A DNA stretch of 64,000 nucleotides from Eledone cirrhosa (GCA_964016885.1 OZ024745.1:39742001-39806000), one strand, 5' to 3'. Shown: positions 43,626 to 57,164, counted from the first letter of the stretch. The notes: generated by a model from the letters alone, not told the origin. Program-made: numbers and translations.

Positions 43626-44793
43626 CTTGCAATTTTTAAGACTATAGAGATAATTGCTTATTTCCAACAGCAGTAATTAATATCAAAAGACAATAATGTA
43701 CACCGAAGAGAACTGTGAGAACGGGTTGGCGTTTTCTTGAGAACGACGAAGAAAATGGTATTCGTTTGTGTTCCGCCACTGCATCAAAATTTCGCCGAGG
43801 CCAAATATGCCATTTGTTATTTCGGACTTCGTATAACGATGTCGAGATCAAGTTTCTTGTAGTTTCAGAATTGTCAAAGCGTTTGACACGAAGAACCGTG
43901 GTATTTGTTTTGGCGCTTTTTGTGCTGAGAGCAAATGCCACTGTGGTATACATGGATGGTAGATTTCATCCAACACTTAGTTTGTCACCATCACTTGTAT
44001 CGTTGGTATTTTATTAGAATCGAGTCAGTTGTAAACATTCAGAATTTCTACTAGTTTCACGAGCTAAAAAAAAAAAATCTCATAGCACTAAATAATAAAA
44101 TAAAATGCGTTTTTCAACTGTTGTTGATTTTCAACCATTCCTTCGCAATTTTTTTTTTTTTCCTGCTAATCCTACTATACAACATTTATAACAAATTCAC
44201 CTTTAGGCTACGCGCATTTTCCAGCTAATAATATGAATAACATGCCTAATACTAGACTAATTTTTAAAAAAATGAAAGAGAAACAAGAAGAATTTGTTAA
44301 ATGTTATTTTGCGATTAGTAAGATCGAAGACTATGAAAAAAAAAATATTTGGATGCTCATAGCAAATAATTTGATAACAAGTAAAAGAGTACTCGGCTCG
44401 ATGTAATAATAATATATAAGGAATTCTTGTGTATAGGGCAAATGTTAATGTGGTAAAACTCTGAGATAACAAACATGGCCTTAAAAATATGTGGATCATA
44501 TTTAGATATAAAAATATATAAAAATGAACTGAAAAATAAAGGCTTTATATAAATAGTGCCTTCAAAACCGCGAAATTCTATTGCATGACATAGTGCATAT
44601 CGCATAGCAAAATGCATATCTTAAGGATAGTAGGTGCTGGCGCAACGAAATAATTATTTATAATTTATTTTACTTGTCACAATTTATGCTGCGTTAGATG
44701 TAAATGACCAAATGTAAAACAACATTAAAATCAATAACGCCTATTGCTAACCCAACTAGAAAAATGCATTAGAATCAATAATAATAATAATAA

Positions 44794-45196
44794 TTAGAAC
44801 ACCATAAGCCTGACCTGGTGGCTTTTGACAAGGAAACATGATCGTATATGATCGTAGATGTAGCCTGCTCCCTTGACACGAGAGTGCAAGAAAAGGAGAA
44901 GGAGAAAATTAACCAATACCAGGATTTACAGTGTGAGTTAAAATGTATTTGGGACTGTCATGAAATCAAGGTCGTCCCGATTGTCATAGGAGCATTAGGT
45001 ACTATCTCAACGGGTTTTCAAGGATGGCTGAAGAACATTAGGCCAGCCCCGTTTTTTGGAATACTTCAAAAGGCATGCTTGCTGGGAACAGCAAAAACAC
45101 TCCGATACGTCCTTAATATCTGAGGCTGCAGGTAGTGGCTTGATATTCATTTGAATAAACTTTCCAGTTAAATAACATCAATGAATGAGACTAAAA
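44794..45196 (+). mobile_element. Older 3' fragment of Dong-like family A in (TAA)n
   Basis: ORF 44848-45123 ending LRYVLNI plus the family A 3' UTR. Confidence 0.9.
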
Positions 45197-45224
45197 ATGA
45201 TAATGATAATAACAATAATACTAA

Positions 45225-45318
45225 TAATTGATTCTTCTTTTGGCACAAGGACAGAAATTATCCAAGCGCATTACTGGTACTTCATTTTATCGACCTCGTA
45301 TGGATGGAAGGCAAAGTT
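45225..45318 (-). mobile_element. SINE 3' fragment
   Basis: Same family, diverged. Confidence 0.75.
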
Positions 45319-45429
45319 AATAATAAAAATAATGTTATTGGCCACAAGGGCCGACATATAGGGGACAGTACACAAACAGTACACAAACAGAGACGGTGGA
45401 GGTTTAGAGAAAATCGTGTAAAAACAAGT

Positions 45430-46461
45430 TAACAACAATTTTGGTGCTTTATGTACTTGCCGTTACCTAATTCGAGTGTGCTGAATTCAAATATGAAGTT
45501 AGTGTTCCTTTGATAGCACCACATTTTTTGCAATTAAGATTTTTTGAATGCTTCTCGTATGATGATGCAATCCATCTGAACATTTTTTGGTTATACCATC
45601 TTTATAACAGTTGAAATACGAATTACTTTGCATTGAGGTTCTAGATCTATTCATAAATACGAGGTACACCACAATAAGGATTAGTTTAAAAACATAATAT
45701 TGAGATAAATGATACTATTTGCCAATACAGAAACGTAACAACTTTATAATAAGTGTGTGTACTGTTTTTCAGTGGAAAACATACCTTATATACAATTAAT
45801 AGGTAACTAGGTCTCATAATTGGAATATTTTACAAGGCAAAACAAAAATAGATCTTATTCAGGCAAGATTTTGCGCTTGTAGGTCTGACGTGTGTGGATT
45901 TCCGCAGAGAAATCTCACTTAATGCTCCATCAATAGTCTGCCATCATTCTTTTCTCACATCTGCCTTGTATCGATCTTCCATGGTTCTCATGGAAGAGCT
46001 CTCCATGTTCATCACTGACAGTGTCGAGATTCTCCGGAAATTGATCAAGGTGACTAAACAGCAAATAGAGTTTGACAAACAATTTACTCCCAATACCTTT
46101 GTCATGACCAGACAAAAATGACAGTCAGTTATATTATCCTTCGGTATAAATCATTCTGAAACACTACAACTATATAATAGTGACAAACATTAGTCAGATA
46201 ATAGAAGTTGTATGGACCGCAGATGAGTTACTCCGTGCTTGGTATAAAGCTAGAATTTCAGGTTTCCTCGGCAAGTAACTTCCTAAAATTGTAGACAAAA
46301 TTAAGTGAAACACATTAAGATGTAATTGAGATGTAATTTTCTATCTCAGTAACGAAAGCTGATGGATCTGAAGCAACCGTGATGTTCTTTGCTTATATAT
46401 AAAGCATTACGGTATAAATATACCGAAACACCAGCAATTAAAAGTTTAATCCAGTACAGTG
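45430..46461 (-). mobile_element. Internally deleted Chapaev3-like (CMC) DNA transposon relic
   Basis: PKDNITDCHFCLV (N-terminal DCYFC-type zinc finger) fused to LFSHLDQFPENLDTVSDEHGELFH..MMADY; CACTG terminus at 46457-46461. Confidence 0.6.
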
Positions 46462-47145
46462 CAATGGTTTCTGGCTATTGCTGTTGTTGATGATGATAGT
46501 AGTGCTGCCACAGTAATTGTTTGGTGTGGTTTAAATTTTGTATTTGACAGGGAATATCCTATGACTCATGCATACAATGAGGTAGCTAAACAGCAGTGTA
46601 CTAGTATCTTCGTGTTAGGTTGCCTTCCATTCTGGAAGCGAGTGATCGCTGTCAAATTAAAATAACCACTCCATTGTCTGAATCAATCCGAGGTACCTCA
46701 ATGGCAGCAAATGTATAAGAATTATATAACCAAAAATCGCTGATCATTCACCCACTTATCCAGGACGCAAACTAGCACAAGGATAGAGAAAATCTAGTTT
46801 GACTGCAGGTAAAACCTAAAGGGAATGTATTTGTTTCTATCAGGTCGCTTTCAGCACATGTCACACTATTGCTGAATAAGACACTAGTCTAAAATTGCGA
46901 TAACACAGCCATTGAGATTACCATGCGTATTAATGGAAGAAGACAATAAAAATTGAGTGCGAGACAGAGCGACACCCAATAAGAATGTGTTTTTTTTTAG
47001 TAGGTATCACGGACAGCTTTCTAATCGAGAAGCTACACACTGGTATGGATTATGAATGGTCTTTTCTATCATTGTCAACCAGCACACAGCTCACATCAAT
47101 AACACAATCGATCGCATGAAATGAACAGTTGTGATACTCAGAAAC

Positions 47146-47216
<71 letters not shown>

Positions 47217-47572
47217 GTGTGCGTGTATGTGTGTGTATGTGTGTGCGCGCGTGTGTGTGTAAATGTGTATATGTATACGTGTATATGTGTACGTGTGTTT
47301 GTGAAAAGAATGTGAGTATTCATAAAGAATAGATATCTAGTGTGGGATATATGCTCATGTGAAATAAGTGCATTTTAAGGAGGCAAATCAATATAAATAT
47401 ATTTATCTTAATGTATGTAAGTGAACAGAACAAGAAATAACGACTGATAAAATATACATCAGTACAAACACTACTAATTAGTCCTCACTATTCAGCATTC
47501 CTATGTAAAGAATAAATAGGTTTAAATATAGATATAAACTAGAATTCTATCCCAAAATTATCATTGAACTTA

Positions 47573-47574
<2 letters not shown>

Positions 47575-47658
<84 letters not shown>

Positions 47659-47790
47659 GTGTGTGTGTGTGTGTGTATGTGTGTGTATGTGTGTGTGTGT
47701 GTGTGTGTATGTGTGTGTATGTGTGTGTGTGTGTGTGTATGTGTGTGTGTGTGGTGTGTGTGTGGGGGTGTGTGTGTGTATGTGCGTGAT
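47575..47790. repeat. (GT)n microsatellite
   Basis: Direct reading. Confidence 0.97.
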
Positions 47791-47994
47791 TGTCTGTATA
47801 TGTGTGGTTGCGTGTGTGCAAGAATAGGACCTATTTACTTTCCAATACATGTTTCCAGTACAGTCATATCTGCTTAAGATAGAATGCATAAGGTATATAT
47901 AATTCGTAATGCAAGTTTCACTTAGTAAAATGTATGTGCTAATACATGAACATCCAATAGATACATGCATGTGTCTTATATATATATATATATA

Positions 47995-48185
47995 GGAAAA
48001 TGTTCAAAACCCCAATGGCAGTGCTCAAGCCGTTTCGACGGCTATTTCTGGTCCAGAAATAGCTGTAAAAACGGGTAGAGCTCTGCAGTCGGGGTCTTGA
48101 ACATTTTCCCATTACCCACTCTACTATCCTTAGTATTGAGTACTCTGGTGTGTCCATATTGTTCCTTACAACACTTCCTTCGTCA
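47995..48185. mobile_element. Asymmetric palindromic Penelope pLTR derivative in (TA)n
   Basis: Inverted arms centred near 48052; right arm continues as the 56821-56907-type tail. Confidence 0.83.
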
Positions 48186-48206
48186 TATATATATATATAT
48201 ATATAC

Positions 48207-48262
<56 letters not shown>

Positions 48263-48290
48263 ATAATAATATATCAGAACCCTAGAGCAA

Positions 48291-48428
48291 ATATTTATTA
48301 AAATAACAGATTAAAGTTTAAGCAAAGAATCGCTGCTTTCACTCTTAACGGGATCTTTCAGAATATCCCGGTAAGAGTGAAAGCAGCGATTCTTTGCTTA
48401 AACTTTAATCTGTTATTTTAATAAATAT
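48291..48428. repeat. Near-perfect 64-bp-arm palindrome
   Basis: 48291-48354 vs 48365-48428, one mismatch, 10-nt loop. Confidence 0.92.
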
Positions 48429-48636
48429 ATATATATATATTCATTAGTTAAGCAAAACAAGACCACAAATTTCACAAGGAAGATAGGCAGATCTCACACA
48501 ATGCAGCCTCGACAGATGAATAGTGCTTGATTATGGCTGACAACTGATACAACCAGGACACCATAGTGAAACACCAATATATGGAACACTACATTATGTA
48601 ACATTCTCTCCTTATTTTAATTTATATTCCTTTGAA

Positions 48637-48754
48637 GTTCCGATGAGCCGCTCTATTTTTAAATATGTTAATTATTTTCAACTGAACCAGATCAATAATG
48701 ATATATAGTCATCTGATCCAGAAATATTATATTGAGTAGCGAATCAATTGTAAA
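48637..48754 (+). ncRNA. Degenerate hammerhead-like motif with long stem II loop
   Basis: GTT-CCGATGA-GCCGCTC...GAGTAGC-GAAT-CAATTG-TA-AAC. Confidence 0.4.
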
Positions 48755-48779
48755 CGGACATTATTATTATTATTAATAA

Positions 48780-48870
48780 GGGCGGTGGATTGGCAGTATC
48801 GGTAGAGGGTCGGACGCCATGTTTTCCAGCATAATTACGTCCCTTTACGATCTGAGTTCAAATCCCGCCG
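48780..48870 (+). mobile_element. SINE 5' (tRNA-related) half
   Basis: gggcggtggattggcagtatcggtagagggtcgga...gagttcaaatcccgccga. Confidence 0.85.
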
Positions 48871-49005
48871 ATAGCTGCTTTCTACTGCATATTGCACATT
48901 GAGCACATGCCTTTACGCTCTGGCTTCTAACTAATTCACCAATCTGTCCTCTCCTATCTCCTCTCCTATCCCCATCTCTCACTTTGAGGTTGGTTACTCT
49001 TGAAC

Positions 49006-49085
<80 letters not shown>

Positions 49086-49467
49086 CTGTATATATAAAAG
49101 ACTACTCAACAACACGTTAGAAAGATCATTCTTCTGCAGACACAGGATGGCCACAAAATTCACAAGATTTAAGCCTCCGTGAATCGAACCGTCGTAACTT
49201 AGCTTTCAACTTAGGATACCCACTATACTGCACGAACCACCGCAGAAATATAATCATTAAGTACATTCTAGCCTTCTTAGTTCTATACCACACTATTGTC
49301 TGTAAGTACCTTATCAACCCATAAATATATCTCTTCTCAGCTGCTGCCAACACACCTTACTCACCCTTGACTCTCAACAAATGAACCTAAATCCAAGAAC
49401 ATTTCAAAATACTACTACTGCAGAACTTTACTTTCCTCCTGTCATAATTGTAGTCAGCATGTCTTCC

Positions 49468-49512
<45 letters not shown>

Positions 49513-49839
49513 CAGGTATATAAGCGATTTAATATGACGCCTACAGTCTATCATCCTCCCTTTCTCTGATATATTTATATATTGTTCAGCATTCTTTCCT
49601 CGTAATCAGATTCACGCCGTGAGAATTTACTTCCGGAAAAGAAACAGGAAGATTCATGTTTTTGCCTGAAAATATGCATGAATATTCAATGAATAACACT
49701 TGAATACTCAATATCTATGCACAGATTGTTTAATATGGTTTATTATTGTTACTTGATAAGTCTTCTTCCTCTGGATTTTCAAATGTGTATTCTCATGTCT
49801 ATTATGATTATCCTTTGGGTATAAAGGTTACATTCCAGC

Positions 49840-49922
49840 CAACTTTGCCTTTCATCCTTACGGGGTCGATAAAATAATGTACCAGAGTAATTGCTGGTCT
49901 TGTACCAAAAGTAGAAACAATT
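49840..49922 (+). mobile_element. SINE 3' fragment
   Basis: actttgcctttcatccttacggggtcgataaaat...gtagaaacaatta. Confidence 0.82.
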
Positions 49923-50343
49923 ATATCTATATATCTATACACTTATATAAATGAATAATTGGTAGTTGGTGTTGAGTTTCAATCAATCCACTCAAAAACT
50001 AATGTTGACAATTGAATGTAGCACTCAACGATATAAATATCATTCCAATCTTTATGTGGTGTAACCTAGTTAGTACATGGTGGGTTATACATACAATAAT
50101 AATGTGAATGATGGTTACATTTTTAACATTTCTTTATTTCGTAATACGCATTTTCCTAGTGTCAGAAAATGACACCATTGCGTAAATTTGGACACGTAGT
50201 TTACATATTATTATGTAATACATTACTTAATCAATACAGCTTAGTGACATGGAGACGGATATGTTTTCGATCTTGCTATTTCAAAAGTCCAATTCCTTAT
50301 GATTATGTATATATATATATATATATATATGTATAACAGAGAG

Positions 50344-50383
<40 letters not shown>

Positions 50384-50394
50384 GGGGAGGGGAG

Positions 50395-50494
<100 letters not shown>

Positions 50495-50630
50495 TAGATA
50501 ATCGGCTATGAAAAGAGAGTGTGCAAGAGAAATATGTATGTTTTCATAATTGATTTGTTGCTACCACATGTTTTCCCTTGAGATTATATCTACAAACTGT
50601 ATTAGAGGAAAGGTACGAATTCTCTCTATT

Positions 50631-50711
<81 letters not shown>

Positions 50712-52020
50712 ATAAGCAGATTCACTTTGTTTTCAATTTCATATATACATATATATATGACAAATACACCTACTATAATCTTTTGAATTGTCATTTGTTT
50801 CATATATATGTTTTATTTCAATTATTTTCACATCCCATAAAGAAATCAAATGTGGAAAATTCTCTAATTCCGTTTTCCCAATATTGAAATATATTCCCTA
50901 TCACTATTGAGAAGAATCTGATATTAATATACGTTTCTATTTTCTTATTTCTGGTTTCAATGATCTGTGATTGAATAAAGGCATATTTATGTTTACATAT
51001 CAACATAATTTTCTGAAAGATATATGCAACGTTTCCAAAATTTTACAAAGCTTTCTATTGTGAACGAAATTTCAAATTATTTATTTTTATTTTCAATTAT
51101 TTCACGTTCTCTCTTAAAATCCCTCATTCTCCTTATACATATCCATGTCTTCTTCAATTTTCTTTACGCAAAATAGGAAACAAGTAAAACATTTCTAATT
51201 TTGTATAAAATATATTTTTCTTCACCTTTCTATAATATATTTAGGACATTTCATAACATATACTAAATAGAGTGCACTACTTGTAAGATCTGACTTCGAC
51301 ATTCAGACGTAACATGAGGGAATATTCGGATGCAGAATATACATTTTTAATATTATCAATATATGTATCATGTGCTATATTCTGTTGTTTAGCTTCTGTT
51401 CTATATTGTTTGTTGAAAGACATTTATTTTCTGAACGTCACGTATTTTGGCATATCTAAAAGTTTATAGTGTGTTGCATAATCTAAATTGTATTTAATAT
51501 AGCAGTATGTGATTCAAATAGGGTCGCTACAATCGGTAACATATCGAATGAGAAATTTGAGAATCTCTTGTTAGAAATTTAAACGTAGCGCGATGCCTGG
51601 AACTCATATGGTTGTTGTATCATTCGAAATTTTTTTATGACCCCAACGAAAGCCAGCCTCGTCTGCATCCAGTTGGAATTAATAAATTATCAGTCCATGG
51701 AGATTTTATGGCGAGATCCCGTCTGCTTGTTATATATTCTTAGCACTGAACCATCCATCCATATATATATATATATATATCACAATAAATTAACAGAGCC
51801 ATAGATTCTCGCTATTCCCTGTCAATAATGTGCTCAAAGGAGAAGGAATCCTGAGCTCTTTAAAATACAATCTGTTGAAAAGGTAACACACTAGAGAGAG
51901 ATAGTGCGCCACCCATAAAACAGGGAAATCCCACCAGTGTATGGGAACTATAACTTATAAAAGGCAGGTTAGACACACTATACTTTAAAATATAAATTAA
52001 AGTGTATATACATACCTCTA

Positions 52021-52131
<111 letters not shown>

Positions 52132-52393
52132 GTATATATATATATATATTACATTACAAGTGCTTGCAATGCATGTAACACCCTATCATATATAAATGAG
52201 ACACACGTGCATGCCCCACGTGTAACTAACGCATATAATAACTAAAATAACTAATACATCTGACGAACAAACAATCCTCTTGCATTATCTATGTTAACTG
52301 CGGATTGTATTTTAATTTTGCTTTGATTTTGTATTTTAATTTTGATTTTGTTTTAATGCGATTTTGATTTTGATTTTAAATTACTATACAGAA

Positions 52394-52458
52394 ATAATTG
52401 TTTCTACTTTAGGCACAAGGCCAGCAATTATCCAGTGCATCACTGGTACTTTATTTTA
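52394..52458 (-). mobile_element. SINE 3' fragment
   Basis: Same family; atacagaaataat duplicated on the flanks. Confidence 0.8.
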
Positions 52459-52572
52459 TACAGAAATAATATAATATAATATGTCATCAATATGTACATC
52501 AATATATACATATGTATCTGTATGCCTCTTGCGTTGGAAAGGAGGTCAATTATGTGTACAAACATTGAAAAA

Positions 52573-52618
52573 TGCTCCGAAGACCTCAAGCCTAGGTTTC
52601 GATGAAACAATTGTAAGT
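52573..52618 (+). ncRNA. Degenerate hammerhead-like motif
   Basis: GCT-CCGAAGA-..AAGCCTAGGTTT..-GAAA-CAATTG-TA-AGT followed by AATAAA. Confidence 0.4.
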
Positions 52619-52827
52619 GAATAAATGCTTTGAACATAGCTTTGATTCTTGTGAATTGTATATAACTGCTTGTATAACAACTGATGTTATTACATTGAGC
52701 TATTTATCTTACTGGTAATAAGGTAGTAATAAATTACTGACCTTCACTGTTTAGGGTTTAAAATATATATAACTATAAAAAGTTTTAGTATATACATAAC
52801 CATAAATAGTATCCTTAATATTATATA

Positions 52828-52872
<45 letters not shown>

Positions 52873-53415
52873 CATTGAGCCTGTTGTTCCTAGGAATTAT
52901 TATAAAGAAACACGTAGGAACAGAAAACACGATAGGCACAAACTCACGGATAATATCCTGCTCATCATTTCTCTTCGGTCGATCATTAAAGTTTCGAATG
53001 CATTAAAGGCAGGACTATTTATCATAGTGCAACAATAACTATTCTCGGGTAGCTATTCGAGAAGAAAACAAAACGGACATTGGACTAACAAAAAACAACA
53101 TCAAAGAAATATCGACATGCCGATAAGTGGCGTCAAAAGTTACAATCAAAAAAAGCAAAAGTTATATTGTTAGAGAGCATAAGATATGAAAAGAATTAAT
53201 ACAAATTGATAGTGCATACGTGCTGGAACAAGTATTAAGAAGCAAGAGAGGTGGCGAGAACATCTGGATTGAAGGGGGTCAGATTGCGAAAGGAGGAAGA
53301 CAAAGACGAAATGCTTGAACGGTAGTGTTCGGTAGGGCAGTGCAGTAATAGAAGTAAATCAGACAAAGTTGGAATTCCTTTTATTAATATAATCTTCTAT
53401 ACATAATCATACACA

Positions 53416-53535
<120 letters not shown>

Positions 53536-53545
53536 AACAAGTAAG

Positions 53546-53640
53546 ACCCCGACGGCTGAGCTCAAGCCGTTTCGACGGCTAATTCTGTACTGAATGAAAA
53601 ATTAATTCTGGTATTTAAATAACCGAACTTATCAAGGGGT
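53546..53640 (-). ncRNA. Type I hammerhead ribozyme, U3/A8 core, complete stems
   Basis: ACCCC-TTGATAA-G..CGGTTA...TAGCCGTC-GAAA-CGGCT..AGCCG-TC-GGGGT. Confidence 0.8.
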
Positions 53641-54819
53641 AATTCCATATATGGTCAAAGGGATAATCACCAGGATTGGTCACATCACAAGTTAGTAGTA
53701 AATCTGTGATGGCAAGTTGGAGGAGGAAGGGGTAGCTAAACCTGCCAGTAGGAGAAAAGGGGAGAGGGGGTGGAGTTGACCCATTCGTGCGTTGGTAGTG
53801 CCAGCTACAGCTGGGTGTGAGGTAAAAGAGGATAATGGGGAGGGGGAGGAGGTCGAAACGGTAAGTAGAACAATGAAAGGTAAAACTGTAAAGGGTACTG
53901 AGACAGAAAAAAAAATATAAGCAAAATCTGGTTACTAAGACTTAAGTCTCCGCTATTGCTAGGCTGAAGAAATACATAAATAAATAAATAAACAAATAAG
54001 TGAATAAAAGAATAGATAAATAAATTTAAAAAAAAAAAAAATATATATATATAATGTAGAATAAAAAAGTAAATGATAATAATAGAAAAAAACTAGGTGG
54101 GACGGAAATAAAGGGACCCTTATACGAGGTATAAGTGCGTGCATCGTACGGTGACGGGTCAACAAAAGGGGGGCCAGAATACTAAAGAGACTACCACGAA
54201 AATAATAAAGGTTTCTACCCCCAAACACAGGGCCAGCAACCACCCAGTGCAAGAAAGTAAACTAGTACGAGAATATAATTCAGGGTCCCGCAAAAAAATA
54301 CTGGTGCTAACTCTACGGGTACCGCCACGAAACAAAAGGTCTTATACAAGCTACATGAAAGACCGTACGAAGTAAAAGTAAAGAACGGAAAATTAATACA
54401 GGAACCCCCCCCCCCCCCCCCCACACACACAAACACAAAAAAAAAAAGAGATACTGGATAAACGACAAATTAGAGCAAAGATGCTACTAAGAAATATAGA
54501 AGGCAGGAAAAAGGGCACAGCGGTCGGAGAAGGGGGCGAGTATCCGAATCCTAACACCTCTGCTATAAAAAGCGATAGTCAGCCACATCTATCATAGAAT
54601 AGGGGAGGGTTGGGGGTGCTGAAGCTACAAGGGACCGATGGGCTACCTCGGGTGGGCGAGAGAGAGACGACTACAAAGAAAGGGAACTGGGGTAGAAGGA
54701 CTAGGAAGGGATGGGGGGACGGAGGAAATATAGAGGAAGCGATAAAAGAATGTAAAAGAAGATCTTACGTCTCCATAGGCAAGCAGGGGTTACCCATTAC
54801 AAAATAGGCAAGTGGGGTG

Positions 54820-56298
54820 TTATAACCCTAGGTTACCCCCCCCCCCCGGGTCATTATGGGGCTTGAGAGCGAAGTAAGTCCTACGTAATCGGTGTTTACA
54901 TGCAGTAACCAGTTCATCTTTCTTGTTTAGGAGTTGGTCCATCGAAAACAGCATTTGTAATGTTTCCTCCGAGCATAAATTACACGGACGGCGTCCTCCC
55001 GTGTAAGAGTTGGCTCTGGACAGTAATTTCCAAGTGAGATCATAGTTGATGTTGTTGTCCTTGAGGTCCCATATGTGGCCCGAAAGTGTAGTGGCGTGAC
55101 GCCGGGCCGGGTTTCGGAAGGTATGTCTGTGTTGGTATAGCCGGGTCTTGAAGTCGCATGCGGTTAATCCTATATAAGCTTTGTTGGAGGTGTCCGTGCT
55201 CACGTTGCACTGGTAGATCACATTACGGTTTCTGCATCTGTTGTCGAGGGGGCAACTGGAGCTATCAGGACAGTTGCACCTCCTGGTCGGCTTTCCACTG
55301 CTATTTAGGTTGTTTCTTCCATCGGGGTTGAGTTTTTTGTTGTTCGAGGAGACGATGTTTTGTGCGAAGTTAGGTGTAGTGCTGTAAGAGAGTTTGATGG
55401 TATTTTTGTTAATTATGTTGTGGTAGCGGTGTTGTGGTGGGAAGTATTTTTCAATGAGCCTAAAGAAAATTTTCCCGATGGGAGTTGTCACCTCAGCGTT
55501 GTGGGGAGGATTGAACCATGTTACATTGCGTGAGCGGCGGTGTCGCCTGCTGGTTCCGCTAATGGGAGCTGGACAGTAGGATATTTCCTCCCGGAAACCA
55601 CTCCGCTTGAGGGCCTGGTTGTAGTAAGGCGCATGTTCATCGAATATCTTCTCATTAGCTGACAAATGGGATATAAGGAGGGAGATGTTTTTGACCAGGT
55701 TGTTGGTGATGTTCCTGCGATGGTTAGATCGGCGGTGGATGTAGTGCAGGTTGTCATTGGGTTTCCTGTATGGGTAGTACAGATCATTATTGAGATCGAG
55801 GGTAACGTCCAGGAAATTAACTCGCGTCAGGGACGTTTGTAGGGTTATTTTAAATCCCCAGTCGCGGAAAAAGCTGATTAATTGTTTACGGACCCGATCT
55901 GTACTACTGGGGTTGTACCCTTTAAGTGTAAGGAGCCCATCATCACGGTACAATCCACCACCGAAAGCAGGAAACATATCGGTGAGTTTGGCTATAAGGA
56001 ATAATCCTATAAGATCTGTGACCTCCGCCGAATCCGTAGCGCCCATGCTGACGTCGAAGGTTGAGTCAGGAGCTCTTTTTATCCATTTGGAGTTGTCAAA
56101 GAGTAAGACTATCTTTCTGGCGTGGAGGATGATTTTTCTTTCCTGGTCGGTGATGGGGACAAGTGCTTCGGCGAAGTCCAAGGCGGCAGTAAGTAGCGGT
56201 AAGGTGATTGAAGCATAGTAGCTCTCTATGTCGAACTGGATAAATTTAGTGTCTCGTTTATCCTCCAAGTTGCTGAACCATGAGATAACTTCCTGGGT
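54820..56298 (-). CDS. Penelope-type RT + GIY-YIG endonuclease (5'-truncated, uninterrupted)
   Basis: FDIESYY, MGA, YRDDGL, FLDVTL, YRKP, CNC..CPL..C, VIY..YIG, RLYQH, CNLC.EE, LLNKK. Confidence 0.9.
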   Translation of the reverse strand, partial: TQEVISWFSNLEDKRDTKFIQFDIESYYASITLPLLTAALDFAEALVPITDQERKIILHARKIVLLFDNSKWIKRAPDSTFDVSMGATDSAEVTDLIGLFLIAKLTDMFPAFGGGLYRDDGLLTLKGYNPSSTDRVRKQLISFFRDWGFKITLQTSLTRVNFLDVTLDLNNDLYYPYRKPNDNLHYIHRRSNHRRNITNNLVKNISLLISHLSANEKIFDEHAPYYNQALKRSGFREEISYCPAPISGTSRRHRRSRNVTWFNPPHNAEVTTPIGKIFFRLIEKYFPPQHRYHNIINKNTIKLSYSTTPNFAQNIVSSNNKKLNPDGRNNLNSSGKPTRRCNCPDSSSCPLDNRCRNRNVIYQCNVSTDTSNKAYIGLTACDFKTRLYQHRHTFRNPARRHATTLSGHIWDLKDNNINYDLTWKLLSRANSYTGGRRPCNLCSEETLQMLFSMDQLLNKKDELVTACKHRLRRTYFALKPHNDPGGGGNLGL

Positions 56299-56718
56299 GT
56301 ATATATATATATTTGTTTTTTTTTTATTTATTTATCTATTCTTTTATTCACTTATTTGTTTATTTATTTATTTATGTATTTCTTCAGCCTAGCAATAGCG
56401 AGAGACTTAAGTCTTAGTAACCAGATTTTGCTTATATTTTTTTTTCTCTCTCAGTACCTTTTTACAGTTTTACCTTTCATTGTTCTACTTACCGTTTCGA
56501 CCTCCTCCCCCTCCCCCTCCCCAGTATCCTCTTTGACCTCACACCCAGCTGTAGTTGGCACTACCAACGCATGAATGGGTTTACTCCACCCCCTCTCCCT
56601 TTTTCTCCTACTGGCAGGTTTAGCTACCCCTTCCCCCACCAACTTGCCATCACAGATTTACTACTAACTTGTGATGTGACCAATCCTGGTGATTATCTCT
56701 TTGGCCATATATGGAATT

Positions 56719-56813
56719 ACCCATTGATAAGTTCGGCTATTTAAATACCAGAATTAATTTTTCATTCAGTACAGAATTAGCCGTCGAAACGGCTTGAGCT
56801 CAGCCGTCGGGGT
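56719..56813 (+). ncRNA. Hammerhead ribozyme in the inverted pLTR copy
   Basis: ACCCA-TTGATAA-GTTCGGCTA...TAGCCGTC-GAAA-CGGCT..AGCCG-TC-GGGGT; one stem I mismatch. Confidence 0.75.
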
Positions 56814-56904
56814 CTTACTTGTTCCTATTACCCACTCTACTACCCTAATTATTGAGTACTTTGGTGCGTTATGGTCCACCTGGTTCCTTACCACATTTCC
56901 TTCG

Positions 56905-56972
<68 letters not shown>

Positions 56973-57121
56973 ATACTTTGGGAGGGTCATGTTTCCAATA
57001 AGAAACACACGCACCAGAAGCTTTCACTTCAATTAATTATAATAAATTTATAATAAATTCATAAATTTATAAATTTCTGGTTGGTTGGTTGGTTCCACAA
57101 CCAGATAGTTGTTTATATATT

Positions 57122-57164
57122 GTCATAGTTCTTTCGTCAAACACTCTGTGACCTCTTCAGTGAC
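57122..57164 (-). ncRNA. Minimal hammerhead ribozyme
   Basis: GTCA-CTGAAGA-G-GTCA..TGAC-GAAA-GAAC-TA-TGAC. Confidence 0.78.

Noticed and set aside
43640-44240. Possible DNA-transposon (piggyBac-like) relic
   Set aside because: Motifs and termini too degenerate to support a call
48780-48870. tRNA gene
   Set aside because: It is the head of the multi-copy SINE; no full cloverleaf
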